DNA of 37,870 bases from an uncultured Bacteroidales bacterium (GCA_947174375.1 CAMWIS010000001.1:1-37870), one strand, 5' to 3'. Shown: positions 24,801-33,949, counted from the stretch's first letter. Program-made: numbers and translations. The notes: a model not told the origin generated them from the sequence alone.

Positions 24801-27245
24801 CTAATAAGGATCCACGTCCACGACCACGCGGCAGCCCCGGTAGTCGGGCAGGGCGGCGAAACGGTCTAAAATAAGCGCGAGCGTCTCTTTCATCGCGTCC
24901 AACTGTTTGCCGCGCTCCAATTTGAGCAGGAAGTTCTTGATGTAATACGTGCTGATGCGGCTCACCATCGGGTATTCGGGGCCTAGCACCCGTGCGCCGA
25001 ACGTCTGGCGCAGCGCGTCGGAAAGCGTGCGGCAGGCGGCGTCGAGTACGGCCTCCTCCTTGTGGCGCACGCTCACCTGCACCAAGCGGCAGTAGGGCGG
25101 GTAGAGGAAGCGTTTGCGCTCGGAGAGCTGGCTTTCGAACAGCGCGGTGTAGTCGTGGTGCATCACCTGGCGGATGAGCTCGTGCTGCGGGCTGTACGTC
25201 TGCAACACCACTTCGCCCTCCTGCCCGGCGCGGCGTCCGGCGCGGCCGCTCACCTGCGTCATGAGCTGGAAGCTCCGCTCGTAGGCGCGGAAGTCGGGAA
25301 AGAAAATCAGGTTGTCGGCGTTGAGGATGCCCACCACGCCCACGTTGTCGAAGTCGAGCCCTTTCGTAATCATCTGCGTGCCCACGAGAATCTGTATCTT
25401 GCGGGCTTCGAATTCGGCTATGAGCCGTTCGTGGGCGTTCTTGCCGCGCATACTGTCCATGTCCATGCGCGCCGTGCGGGCGTCGGGAAACAGCACGGCA
25501 AGTTCCTCCTCTATCTTCTCCGTGCCCGCCCCCGCCGTGTTCAGGCGCGGCGACCCGCATTCGGGGCAGTGCTCCGGCACGGGAACCGTATAGCCGCAGT
25601 AGTGGCATACGAGCGCGCCCTGCCGTTTGTGATAGGTCAGGCTCACGTCGCAGAACTTGCAGTGCGGAATGGCGCCGCAGTCGGTGCAGACCAAGTGGTT
25701 GGAGAAGCCGCGCCGGTTCTGGAACAGCAGGATTTGCTTGCCGTCGGCCAAAGCCTGCGTCATCTTCTCGATGAGGAAAGGCGTGAACAGCGTTTTCTGC
25801 GATTTGAGGTCGGCCACCCATACCGACGGCAGCTTGACGTCCGCATGGCGCGTAAAGAGCGTGGCCAAGCCGTATTTGCCTTTGAGCGCGTTGTAATAAC
25901 TCTCCACCGAGGGCGTGGCCGAGCCGAGCAGCACTTTAGCGCCGTGCAGCGCGGAGAGGTAGATGGCCGCGTCGCGCGCGTGGTAGCGCGGGGCGGGGTC
26001 TTGTTGCTTGTACGACGTCTCGTGCTCTTCGTCCACGACGATGAGGCCGAGTTTCTCGAACGGCAGGAACAGGGCCGAGCGCGCGCCGAGGATGATGCGG
26101 TAGCGGCCGGCGGCCGTGGCCTGCCATATTTCGGTTTTCTCGTGCTCGTTGTATTTGGAGTGATAGACGCCCACCTGTTCGCCGAAGCGGGCTTTGAGCC
26201 GCCCTATCATCTGGGCCGTGAGCGCGATTTCGGGCAACAGGTACAGCACCTGCCGGCCGCCGGCCAAGATCTCCTCCATGAGTTGCATATATACCTCCGT
26301 CTTGCCGCTGGCCGTCACGCCGTGCAGCAGACAGACGGGCTTGTCGGCCAGGGCCGTTTGGATGTCGGCCAAGGCCTGTTGTTGCGGCGCGCTCAGCGTG
26401 TTGCGCCGCAGGTTGTCGGCGTCTTCGGCCGCCCCGAGCCGGCTTTGCTGCCGCTGTACGACTTGCAGCACCCCTTTCTTAATCAGGGCGGTGAGGGCGG
26501 TAGGGTCGGCGCCCGTCTTGGCGGTCAGCATCGCGCGTTGCACAAGCCCGTCTTCCGTATGTTGCGCCAACGCCACATAGGCCAACAGCACTTCCAGCTG
26601 TTTGAACGCCCTTTTCTCCAGCCGGTCGAAAATGGCCTGTTGCGCCTCCGGCTGGTCGCGGTAGGCCTCGCCCCAGCCCACGTAGGCCCGTTGCAAGGGC
26701 TTGTAGCGTTCGCTGATTTCCGCCTTCACCCACACGACGTTCTGTCCGCGCAGGCTCTTGATAAGCGGCAGCACCTTTTTCAAGCCCGTCAGGCGTTCGA
26801 TTTCCCGAATCGTCAACTGTTCCTGTTGCGCCAGCGTCTTGACCACCGTTTGCTGTACGGGCGTCAGGCTGTCGATGCAGCCGTCAAACTGCGGGCTGAT
26901 GACCACCTTGGTCTCGCTGTCAAGCTGGAAGCCGGAGGGTAAGGCGCAGGCCATGACTTCCCCCTCGCTGCACAGGTAGTAGTGCGCCATCCATTGCCAA
27001 AAGCGGATTTGGAGCGGGTTCACGATGGGCGTTTCGTCCAGGAGCGACAAGATTTCCTTGGTCGTGTGTTCCGGCCGCCTATCGTGCAGTTCCGCCACGA
27101 TGCCCGCATACACCTTGCTCGGGCCGAACGGCACGCAGGCCCGCATCCCCACGGTAATCGCGCCGCGCATTTCGGGCGGTACGGCGTAGGTAAACCGTTC
27201 TTTGAGCGGCAACGGCAGGATGAGGTCGGCGAAAAGGGAGGCCAT
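24801..27245 (-). CDS. priA: primosomal protein N' (replication restart helicase PriA)
   Basis: The 814-aa ORF has Walker A GVTASGKTEVY and the DEEH box VVDEEHE. The Cys-rich zinc region CTDCGAIPHCKFCDVSLTYHKRQGALVCHYCGYTVPVPEHCPECGS is diagnostic for PriA. Confidence 0.95.
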   Translation of the reverse strand: MASLFADLILPLPLKERFTYAVPPEMRGAITVGMRACVPFGPSKVYAGIVAELHDRRPEHTTKEILSLLDETPIVNPLQIRFWQWMAHYYLCSEGEVMACALPSGFQLDSETKVVISPQFDGCIDSLTPVQQTVVKTLAQQEQLTIREIERLTGLKKVLPLIKSLRGQNVVWVKAEISERYKPLQRAYVGWGEAYRDQPEAQQAIFDRLEKRAFKQLEVLLAYVALAQHTEDGLVQRAMLTAKTGADPTALTALIKKGVLQVVQRQQSRLGAAEDADNLRRNTLSAPQQQALADIQTALADKPVCLLHGVTASGKTEVYMQLMEEILAGGRQVLYLLPEIALTAQMIGRLKARFGEQVGVYHSKYNEHEKTEIWQATAAGRYRIILGARSALFLPFEKLGLIVVDEEHETSYKQQDPAPRYHARDAAIYLSALHGAKVLLGSATPSVESYYNALKGKYGLATLFTRHADVKLPSVWVADLKSQKTLFTPFLIEKMTQALADGKQILLFQNRRGFSNHLVCTDCGAIPHCKFCDVSLTYHKRQGALVCHYCGYTVPVPEHCPECGSPRLNTAGAGTEKIEEELAVLFPDARTARMDMDSMRGKNAHERLIAEFEARKIQILVGTQMITKGLDFDNVGVVGILNADNLIFFPDFRAYERSFQLMTQVSGRAGRRAGQEGEVVLQTYSPQHELIRQVMHHDYTALFESQLSERKRFLYPPYCRLVQVSVRHKEEAVLDAACRTLSDALRQTFGARVLGPEYPMVSRISTYYIKNFLLKLERGKQLDAMKETLALILDRFAALPDYRGCRVVVDVDPY

Positions 27246-27255
27246 GAATCGGGGG

Positions 27256-27573
27256 TTATTCGATAATCAGGAAGATGTCCTCGTTGTCCCGCTTCATCAG
27301 ATATTCTTCGCGGGCGTAAGTCTCCACAAAATCGGGGTCGCTCTGGAACTTATGGATTTCCTCCTCGTAGCGTTGGATTTCCTTTTCGTAAAACCGTTTC
27401 AGCTCCCGTTGCGCCTTCCGTTCCTTGATGATGTGATACTGCGTGTTGAGGTCGTTGGGCGCCAGCAGCAGGAACCACAACAGGAACAGCAGCACCACGA
27501 TGACGTAGTTGCGGTATTTCCATTGCAGGAAAGCCGAGACGGCGTTTTTTACGTTGTTCCAAAGCTTCTTCAT
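27256..27573 (-). CDS. FtsB/DivIC-like septum formation initiator family protein
   Basis: The track ORF 27256..27804 is trimmed to ATG 27573 (MKKLWNNVKN...), giving 105 aa. The upstream part overlaps the GH3 gene and is Arg/Pro-rich. The protein has a single TM (YVIVVLLFLLWFLLLAP) followed by a coiled-coil segment (KERKAQRELKRFYEKEIQRYEEEIHKF). Confidence 0.6.
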   Translation of the reverse strand: MKKLWNNVKNAVSAFLQWKYRNYVIVVLLFLLWFLLLAPNDLNTQYHIIKERKAQRELKRFYEKEIQRYEEEIHKFQSDPDFVETYAREEYLMKRDNEDIFLIIE

Positions 27574-27584
27574 GGGGTGGGCGT

Positions 27585-29141
27585 TTAGGCCGTTTGCATC
27601 ATGGCCAGCACAGCGTCGAGGTAGTCGCGGTGGTTCGCCAGGCGCGGCACCTTGTGTTGGCCGCCTAATTTGTCGATCCGTTTGAGCCAGGCGTAGAACG
27701 TGCCTTCGGGCACGGCGGTCACAATCGGCTGTTTGAGCAGGATGTCGCGGTGGCGTTTGGCCTCGTAGTCGCTGTTGATGGCTTGCAGCCGCCTGTCCAA
27801 ACAATCCGTAAACACGGCCATGTCCTGCGGGGCGCGTTTGAATTCAATGAGCCACTGGTGGCACGCGCTCGCGCGGTTGTCCAAAAAGACGGGGCCCGCC
27901 GTGTATTCCGCTATTTCCGCGCCGGTCTCCCGACAGGCGTATTGCAGCGCGTGGTCGGCGTTGTCCACGATGACTTCCTCGCCGAAGGCGTTGATGAAAT
28001 GCTTGGTGCGGCCGCTCACTTGGATGCGGGCGGGGTGCAGCGACGTAAACACCACCGTGTCGCCTATCATGTAGCGCCACAGGCCGGCGTTGGTCGAAAT
28101 CAGCAACGCGTAGTGTTTGCCCGTTTCCACCTGCCCGATATGCAGGCAGCGGGCGCCGGGGTTGAGCGAGAGGCCGTCCTCGGCCACGTCTTCCACGGGC
28201 ACGAACTCGTAGAAGATGCCGTAGTCGAGCATCAGCAGCATATCCTGTTCTTCGGTCGCCTTGAGCGGGCGGTCTTGTATCGCGAAAAAGCCTTCGGAGG
28301 CGTTGTAGGTCTCCACAAAATGGAAGTCCGGAAAGCCGAGCAGCTGGATGAACTGTTCCCGGTAGGGCGTAAAGCTCACGCCGCCGTGGAAGAACACCTC
28401 CAAGTCGGGCCAAACCTCCGCGATGCACGGTTTGCCGGTTTTCTCCAAGATACGCTGGAGCAACACCATCGTCCACGAGGGGACGCCCGCTATTTGCGTG
28501 ATGTGCGCCGGCGTCACGGCTTCGGTCATCGCGGCCATTTTGCTTTCCCATTCGTCCATGAGCGCGATTTTAAGGCTCGGCGCCCGTTTGATTTGCGCCC
28601 AAAACGGCAGGTAGTTCATGATGATGGCCGACACGTCGCCCTCCGTGATTTTGGGGTGGGAGGAAGGATGCAGGCTGCCGCCCATGGCCAAGTTCTTGCC
28701 CGAAAGGATTTTGCTGTCCGGATAGTTACGCAGGTAAAGCGCGAACATATCAATGCCGCCCTTGTAGTGGCAGCCTTGCAGGGCCTCGCGGCTCACGGGG
28801 ATGAATTTGCTCTTGTCGGCAGTCGTGCCAGACGATTTGGAGAAATTGCGCACCAAGCCGGGCCACAGGATGTCGGGCTCGCCGCGCCGCATCCGGTCGG
28901 TATAGGGTTTGAGGTCGTTATAGGGTAGAACCGGCACGTGCCGTTTGTAGAGGTTGTGCCAGCTTTCGAGGTCGGTGCCACGGAGGCCGCCGAAACCGTA
29001 ATCGCGGCCAAATTGGGTTTGGGCCGCCCGGTGGAGCAGCGAGGCCAAGGTCTTGGCTTGCAAGGCTTCCGCATCCTGTCCGTAACGTGCGATGGCGTTG
29101 AGGCGCGGTTTGAGAAACGGGCTGACTAATCGGTTGATCAT
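27585..29141 (-). CDS. GH3-family (auxin-responsive-promoter-like) adenylate-forming acyl acid amido synthetase homolog
   Basis: The 518-aa ORF has three motifs in the order seen in plant GH3 enzymes: SKSSGTTADKSKFIP (SSGT...K), YNASEG (Y-[GA]-[SA]-SE-like) and YMIGD (YRxGD-like). Confidence 0.75.
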   Translation of the reverse strand: MINRLVSPFLKPRLNAIARYGQDAEALQAKTLASLLHRAAQTQFGRDYGFGGLRGTDLESWHNLYKRHVPVLPYNDLKPYTDRMRRGEPDILWPGLVRNFSKSSGTTADKSKFIPVSREALQGCHYKGGIDMFALYLRNYPDSKILSGKNLAMGGSLHPSSHPKITEGDVSAIIMNYLPFWAQIKRAPSLKIALMDEWESKMAAMTEAVTPAHITQIAGVPSWTMVLLQRILEKTGKPCIAEVWPDLEVFFHGGVSFTPYREQFIQLLGFPDFHFVETYNASEGFFAIQDRPLKATEEQDMLLMLDYGIFYEFVPVEDVAEDGLSLNPGARCLHIGQVETGKHYALLISTNAGLWRYMIGDTVVFTSLHPARIQVSGRTKHFINAFGEEVIVDNADHALQYACRETGAEIAEYTAGPVFLDNRASACHQWLIEFKRAPQDMAVFTDCLDRRLQAINSDYEAKRHRDILLKQPIVTAVPEGTFYAWLKRIDKLGGQHKVPRLANHRDYLDAVLAMMQTA

Positions 29142-29167
29142 GGCATTCCCCCTTTCTTCCAGCGGGC

Positions 29168-30247
29168 TTATTTCGGCGCTTTTTTAAGCAGATAGGCCGC
29201 AATCAGGCCGTAGATGATGAGCGGCATCCAAGCGGCCAGCCATACCGGGAAGTTGCCGATGGTGGCGAACACCTTGGCGAATTGCATGAACAGGATGAAC
29301 GTGAAGGCCAGCGTGATGCCGATGGCCAAGTTTACGCCCATACCGCCCTTACGGCTCTGCCGGATGGACAGCGACACGCCGATAAGCGTCAGGATAACGG
29401 CCGCGAACGGCTGCATGAACCGCTGCCAACGTTCGTATTCGAAGAATTTGGCCCGGTTGGAGCCCCGCATACGTTCCTGCGCGATGTATTGGTTCAGTTC
29501 CTTCAAATTCATCTCCTCCACCTTGAGGTAGTCTTTGGCGAAGTCCAAGGGCATCAGCGGCAAGTCCAGTTCGATATAGGGGCCGGTCTCCACCTTTTCG
29601 CCCACGGGCAACAGCGTGCGTTTGACATAGTCGGTGGCAATCCAGCGGCTGTTGGCCGAATCGTAGCGGATGGTGGCCGAGTTGAATTTGTCGATGAGCT
29701 GACGGTCTTTGATCGTCTCCATGCAGAACTTGCTGCCGCTCTGGTTGGCCTGGTGGAACGTGGCGACGTAGAAATACGTGCTGTCGTCGTAACGCAGGTG
29801 GATGTCGGAGCCGGAGTTGATGTAACGCTGGCGCATATAGGTGCGTTCAAAGGCCAGGCGGTCTTTCGTCATGTCGGGAATCAGGAAGTTGGCCAAGTAG
29901 AGGTTAAACAGCCCGATGATGACGGCCGAAACGACGTAAGGCACGAGGAAGCGCGAGAAGTTGATGCCGGAACTGAGCACCGCCACGATTTCGGAGTTCT
30001 GCGCCAGGCGCGAGGTGAAGAAGATGACCGAGATGAAGATGAACAGGAAGCTGAACATATTCACTAAGAAAGGCAGGAAGTTCAGGTAGTAATGCACGAT
30101 GATGCCTTTCAACGGCACGTTCTTTTCCACGAAAACGCCTATCTTCTCGGAAATGTCGAAAACGATGATAATGATGACGATCAACGCGATGGTCGCGAAG
30201 AACGTCCCTAAGAACTTACGGATGATATAGCCGTCTAACTTGTTCAT
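29168..30247 (-). CDS. LptF/LptG-family LPS export permease
   Basis: The 359-aa ORF has the N-terminus LDGYIIRKFLGTFFATIALIVIIIIVFD, typical of the YjgP/YjgQ family. It has 3 TM helices, a periplasmic beta-jellyroll-sized insert, then 3 more TM helices. Confidence 0.8.
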   Translation of the reverse strand: MNKLDGYIIRKFLGTFFATIALIVIIIIVFDISEKIGVFVEKNVPLKGIIVHYYLNFLPFLVNMFSFLFIFISVIFFTSRLAQNSEIVAVLSSGINFSRFLVPYVVSAVIIGLFNLYLANFLIPDMTKDRLAFERTYMRQRYINSGSDIHLRYDDSTYFYVATFHQANQSGSKFCMETIKDRQLIDKFNSATIRYDSANSRWIATDYVKRTLLPVGEKVETGPYIELDLPLMPLDFAKDYLKVEEMNLKELNQYIAQERMRGSNRAKFFEYERWQRFMQPFAAVILTLIGVSLSIRQSRKGGMGVNLAIGITLAFTFILFMQFAKVFATIGNFPVWLAAWMPLIIYGLIAAYLLKKAPK

Positions 30248-30272
30248 CTTGCAAAGATAGTATTTTTTTGAT

Positions 30273-31481
30273 TTACGGACGCTTTTTGCGTTTGCCGGGG
30301 CGGATTTGCTTGTGGCGCAACGTCCAGAACGGGCACAGGCAGATGTACAGCCATTCGAAGAAGGGCGCTCCCCACCAAAGGCGGCTTTCGCCTAACTGGC
30401 GGTGCGCCTTGTAACGCGTGATGAACTGGAACAGGCTCTTGAGCAGGATGCAAAGGGCGAACAGTCCGGCGGCGAGCAGGCAGTAGGGGCCCTCCGGAAA
30501 GCGGGCGAGCAACGTGTAGAGCAGCCAGCCCACAAAGCACAGATGGTAGCCGAACATCGCATAGCGGTAGGCGACGCCCGCTTTCCGCGCCGCGCTCGGC
30601 CGCCAGTTGCAGGCGTTGATATACTGCCGTTCTTCGCGCAGCCAGTGGCCGAACGAGAGCCGCGAGGTGTAGCGCAGGCGCGCGGCCTTGGCCGCGAGGG
30701 CCCCCGCTTCCTCCGGCGCGGCAAGGTAATGGGCGAAAACGTCGTAGTTGCCGCCGTTGAGCGTATAGAATGCCGTATAGCCGTGGTGTTGCAGGAAGAT
30801 GTCTTTGTGGTAGATCAGCGCGTGGCGCGAGGCGGCGCAGGGTTTGCCCGCCAAAATCAGGCCGAGGCTTTGCAGGATGCGTTCGTCGTGGAAGTAACGC
30901 GCCAACGCGCTGCCTTGCCGCGCCGGGTAGAGGCTGTAGCCGGCCATCACCTGCGTGTTGTCGCCGATGGCCGCCGCGATATGCGCCAGGCATTCCTGGT
31001 CTTCGGGCCGGCAGTCCGCGTTCGTCAGCAGCACATACGGATAGGCCGCCGATTTAAGCCCGATCGAGAGCGAGAATTTCTCCTGGTCGAAAAAGTTGAT
31101 GTTTTGGTTGACCTGCACGCATTTGAGCCGTCCGTGCGGGTCTTCCATGCCGTTGAGCAACAGGTTCAGGTCGTCGTCGGTATAGTCGTACACGACGATG
31201 ACTTCCGACTGCGCGTAGGTTTGGTCGAGCCAGAACGGCAGGTTCTTTTTCAGGTTCTCGTATTGGTTCTGACCCGAAATGACCACCGAGATGCCGCGGC
31301 CTTCCATGCCGTCGGTTGCGGTCTCCGCCGCGGGTTCCGTTCCCGTTTCAGACTGTTTCCGCCGTTTGTACACGGGGCGGTAGAACCGCCAGTAAAAACT
31401 GATGAGGCAAAGGGTGCAGACCAACAGACCGCCCAGCAAGACACCGTCCCACCAACTGAAAAAAGCCCATATCTGTTCCAT
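30273..31481 (-). CDS. membrane-anchored family 2-like glycosyltransferase
   Basis: The track ORF 30273..31610 is trimmed to ATG 31481 (MEQIWAFFSWWDG...), giving 402 aa. It has an N-terminal TM and a GT-A-like core (ISVVISGQNQYENLKKNLPFWLDQTY...EVIVVYDYTDDD...VLLTNADCRP). The C-terminal part is hydrophobic. The usual DxD position reads NAD. Confidence 0.6.
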   Translation of the reverse strand: MEQIWAFFSWWDGVLLGGLLVCTLCLISFYWRFYRPVYKRRKQSETGTEPAAETATDGMEGRGISVVISGQNQYENLKKNLPFWLDQTYAQSEVIVVYDYTDDDLNLLLNGMEDPHGRLKCVQVNQNINFFDQEKFSLSIGLKSAAYPYVLLTNADCRPEDQECLAHIAAAIGDNTQVMAGYSLYPARQGSALARYFHDERILQSLGLILAGKPCAASRHALIYHKDIFLQHHGYTAFYTLNGGNYDVFAHYLAAPEEAGALAAKAARLRYTSRLSFGHWLREERQYINACNWRPSAARKAGVAYRYAMFGYHLCFVGWLLYTLLARFPEGPYCLLAAGLFALCILLKSLFQFITRYKAHRQLGESRLWWGAPFFEWLYICLCPFWTLRHKQIRPGKRKKRP

Positions 31482-31552
31482 ATAGTCGTTTTTAAGGGTT
31501 TTCGACGGTTTCTTGCGACTATCAAGAGGAAGGGAGCGCCGAAAACAAAAGG

Positions 31553-31560
31553 CAAAGTTA
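31553..31560 (-). promoter_or_regulatory. candidate -7 box for the GT2-lptFG-GH3-ftsB-like-priA operon
   Basis: The minus strand reads TAACTTTG (TAnnTTTG), 71 nt upstream of the ATG at 31481. Confidence 0.35.
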
Positions 31561-31583
31561 TAGAAACTTCGGCAAAATATCAC

Positions 31584-31591
31584 TATTTTTG
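31584..31591 (+). promoter_or_regulatory. candidate -7 box for tgt
   Basis: TATTTTTG (TAnnTTTG) lies 21 nt upstream of the ATG at 31613. This supports the shorter tgt start. Confidence 0.45.
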
Positions 31592-31612
31592 TCACCCATA
31601 CGAGCAGCAACT

Positions 31613-32746
31613 ATGTTGAAATTTGAATTACAGGCCACCGACCCCAAGTCCGGCGCCCGCGCCGGCTTAATCCACACCGACCACGGCGATATTCCCACGC
31701 CTATCTTCATGCCGGTGGGCACGGTGGGTTCGGTCAAGGCCGTCCAGATACCCGACCTCAAACATGAAATCGACGCCAAAATCATTTTGGGCAACACCTA
31801 CCATCTGTATCTGCGGCCGGGCTTGGATATCCTGAACCGTTGCGGCGGCCTGCACCGGTTCAACGGCTGGGACCGCCCGATTCTGACCGACAGCGGCGGC
31901 TTCCAGGTCTATTCGCTCTCCGGCACGCGCAAACTCAAAGAGGAGGGTGTCACGTTCCATTCCCACATCGACGGGTCGGTGCATCTGTTCACGCCCGAAA
32001 AAGTCATGGACATAGAGCGTTGCATCGGGGCCGACATCATGATGGCGTTCGACGAATGCACGCCTTTCCCCTGCGACTACGGCTACGCCGAGAAGTCGAT
32101 GCACCTGACGCACCGCTGGCTTGACCGCTGCGTGAAACGCTACCGCGAGACCGAACCGCTTTACGGCTATCACCAGGCCTTGTTCCCGATTGTGCAGGGC
32201 AGCGTTTACAAAGACCTGCGCCGCATTTCGGCCGAGAAAATCGCGTCGGTGGGCGCGGAGGGCAACGCCATCGGCGGGCTGTCGGTGGGCGAGCCCAAGG
32301 AAGTCATGTACGAACTGACGGAGTTGGTGTGCGGCATCCTGCCGGCCGACAAGCCGCGCTACCTCATGGGGGTCGGCACGCCCGAAAACATTTTGGAAGG
32401 TATCGCCCAGGGCGTGGATATGTTCGACTGCGTGATGCCGACGCGCAACGGCCGCAACGCGATGCTGTTCACGAAAAACGGCATCATGAATATGCGCAAC
32501 CGCAAGTGGGCCGACGATTTCTCGCCCATAGAGGAAGACGGCGAATGCTATGCGGACCGCTGCTATACGAAAGCCTATCTGCGGCATCTGTTCACGGCCG
32601 GCGAATACCTCGGCCCGATGATCGCGAGCCTGCACAACCTCGCGTTTTACCTGTGGCTCGTGCGCGAAGCCCGGCAACACGTCCTTGCGGGCGACTACGC
32701 CACTTGGAAAGCCGTGATGGCGCCGCGCCTGATGACGCGTCTATAA
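31613..32746 (+). CDS. tgt: queuine tRNA-ribosyltransferase (tRNA-guanine transglycosylase)
   Basis: The start is trimmed to ATG 31613 (MLKFELQATD...), giving 377 aa. Motifs are TPIFMPVGTVGSVK, ILTDSGGFQV, GGLSVGE and DCVMPTRNGRN. The zinc-motif region reads ECYADRC instead of the canonical CxCxxC. Confidence 0.95.
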   Translation: MLKFELQATDPKSGARAGLIHTDHGDIPTPIFMPVGTVGSVKAVQIPDLKHEIDAKIILGNTYHLYLRPGLDILNRCGGLHRFNGWDRPILTDSGGFQVYSLSGTRKLKEEGVTFHSHIDGSVHLFTPEKVMDIERCIGADIMMAFDECTPFPCDYGYAEKSMHLTHRWLDRCVKRYRETEPLYGYHQALFPIVQGSVYKDLRRISAEKIASVGAEGNAIGGLSVGEPKEVMYELTELVCGILPADKPRYLMGVGTPENILEGIAQGVDMFDCVMPTRNGRNAMLFTKNGIMNMRNRKWADDFSPIEEDGECYADRCYTKAYLRHLFTAGEYLGPMIASLHNLAFYLWLVREARQHVLAGDYATWKAVMAPRLMTRL

Positions 32747-33943
32747 GCCGGTTTCGGCCTCTATCTCCACCCAAAGGTCGTCGCGGCACACGTCGCCATA
32801 GACGATTTGGCAAATTCCTTTCGGAAAGCGTTGATACAGCATTTCGGCGAGATGACGCGCCTGGTCGGCGTGGATGGCCGATTTCAGATACAGACGGATG
32901 CGGCGGTAGTTCGGCGCGGCGGGGTCTGCCGTCGCCACGAGGCGTTCGATGGACTGTATCGTGTTGTCGAGTTGTTTATCCGGCGAGGTCGGGTCTAATG
33001 TCCGTTCGCCGGCGATGGAGGCCGTGCCGGACACCCAGCAGCAGAGCGGGAAGTCGGGCGCGGTGTTGGCGGCTTTGGCGGCCTTCTGCGTTTGCAGGCG
33101 GGCGCGGCTGAACAGGGGCGGCGTCTTGGCGTCCTTGCCCACGAGCACGCGGTCGGTATAGTCGAACGCTTCGGTCTGCACGGGGCTTTTGAGCGCGGGT
33201 GGCAGGTGTCCGTCCGCCGATTCGAACAGCACGGCGTCGATGATGATGCCGGCATAGTCGCAGCCGATGCCCGTGGCCGCGGGATAGACCGGCTCCCGTT
33301 TGTGGTTCTGATAGAATACCTGTCTTACCGTATTGAATTCCTGATAATTCTGTTTCAATTCGCCCGTCTTGCCATGCGGGTTGAGGTCTAAAATCTGCCC
33401 GATATAATTCCATTGGCGGATGACGTGGTCGAACCGCAGGCCGACGTGGTCGATCCAATGTTGCAGGTCGTTCAGGCAATGCAGGCCGGCCGCGTAGGCC
33501 GCCGACAGCTTGACGCCTTTCATCTGCGCGTAAGGCGTGGCGAAGCCGGAGCACCAGAATTGGCGGCAACCGTAGCCGTCCAAACGCACATAGGGCAGGT
33601 TGTCGAACCACGCGTAGTGTGGTTTTATCTTGCTGTCGTTCAGATAAAAGACGTCAGCCGAAATCCAGTCTTTCGTCAGGGGCGGCTGTTCCACCACCGT
33701 AACGGCCGGCACGCCCGACAGCGTCTTGCACGCTTTCAAACGGCGGGCGATGGCGCGTTGCAGCCGCCGGCAGTCGGTATGGCGGTCCGTCAGTTTGGCC
33801 GCAAAGACAACGACCTTGACGAGAAATCCGTCGTGGGCGGCATCGAATTGGCGGATGGCCTCCACCGTCTCGTCGGCGGGGGCGGTTCCGAACGGCAGGT
33901 CGAGCCGTGCGTAGCGTATGGCGTGGTTCGGCATGGTTTGCAT
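32741..33943 (-). CDS. FkbO/Hyg5/XanB2-type chorismatase homolog (RidA/YjgF-fold chorismate-transforming enzyme)
   Basis: The ORF has about 400 aa. Several motifs match my recollection of this family: IRQWNYIGQI (R-x-WNY), YPAATGIG, WVSGTASIAGERT, IRLYLKS and the C-terminal VCRDDLWVEIEAE (RidA-like ...VEIE). The track start is TTG at 33952; I use ATG 33943, and ATG 33934 is an alternative. Confidence 0.6.
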   Translation of the reverse strand: MQTMPNHAIRYARLDLPFGTAPADETVEAIRQFDAAHDGFLVKVVVFAAKLTDRHTDCRRLQRAIARRLKACKTLSGVPAVTVVEQPPLTKDWISADVFYLNDSKIKPHYAWFDNLPYVRLDGYGCRQFWCSGFATPYAQMKGVKLSAAYAAGLHCLNDLQHWIDHVGLRFDHVIRQWNYIGQILDLNPHGKTGELKQNYQEFNTVRQVFYQNHKREPVYPAATGIGCDYAGIIIDAVLFESADGHLPPALKSPVQTEAFDYTDRVLVGKDAKTPPLFSRARLQTQKAAKAANTAPDFPLCCWVSGTASIAGERTLDPTSPDKQLDNTIQSIERLVATADPAAPNYRRIRLYLKSAIHADQARHLAEMLYQRFPKGICQIVYGDVCRDDLWVEIEAETGL

Positions 33944-33949
33944 CGTATG

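Noticed and set aside
22027-24804. 925-aa plus-strand ORF spanning tilS (alternative frame), murA and the DUF4290 gene (antisense).
   Set aside because: It crosses three independently supported genes. Its composition is low-complexity Arg/Ala/Gly/Val-rich. No promoter box lies upstream of it.
25062-26942. 626-aa ORF antisense to priA. Similar cases are 17032..18360 opposite nusA, 27750..28928 opposite the GH3 gene, 30402..31619 opposite the GT2 gene, 31667..32680 opposite tgt, 34023..35660 opposite the membrane protein/acyltransferase, and 36666..37733 opposite the Fn3 protein.
   Set aside because: The reasoning is the same as for the other antisense ORFs: mirror-frame artefacts of GC-biased codon usage with no recognisable domains.
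27574-27804. Longer version of the FtsB-like ORF (182 aa) overlapping the 3' end of the GH3 gene.
   Set aside because: The extra 77 codons are Arg/Pro/Gln-rich and overlap a supported gene. The ATG at 27573 yields a typical ~105-aa TM plus coiled-coil protein.
31482-31612. Overlapping extended starts of the GT2 ORF (to 31610) and the tgt ORF (from 31589).
   Set aside because: The two extensions would overlap each other and cover both candidate -7 boxes. The internal ATGs (31481 and 31613) give N-termini typical of the families.
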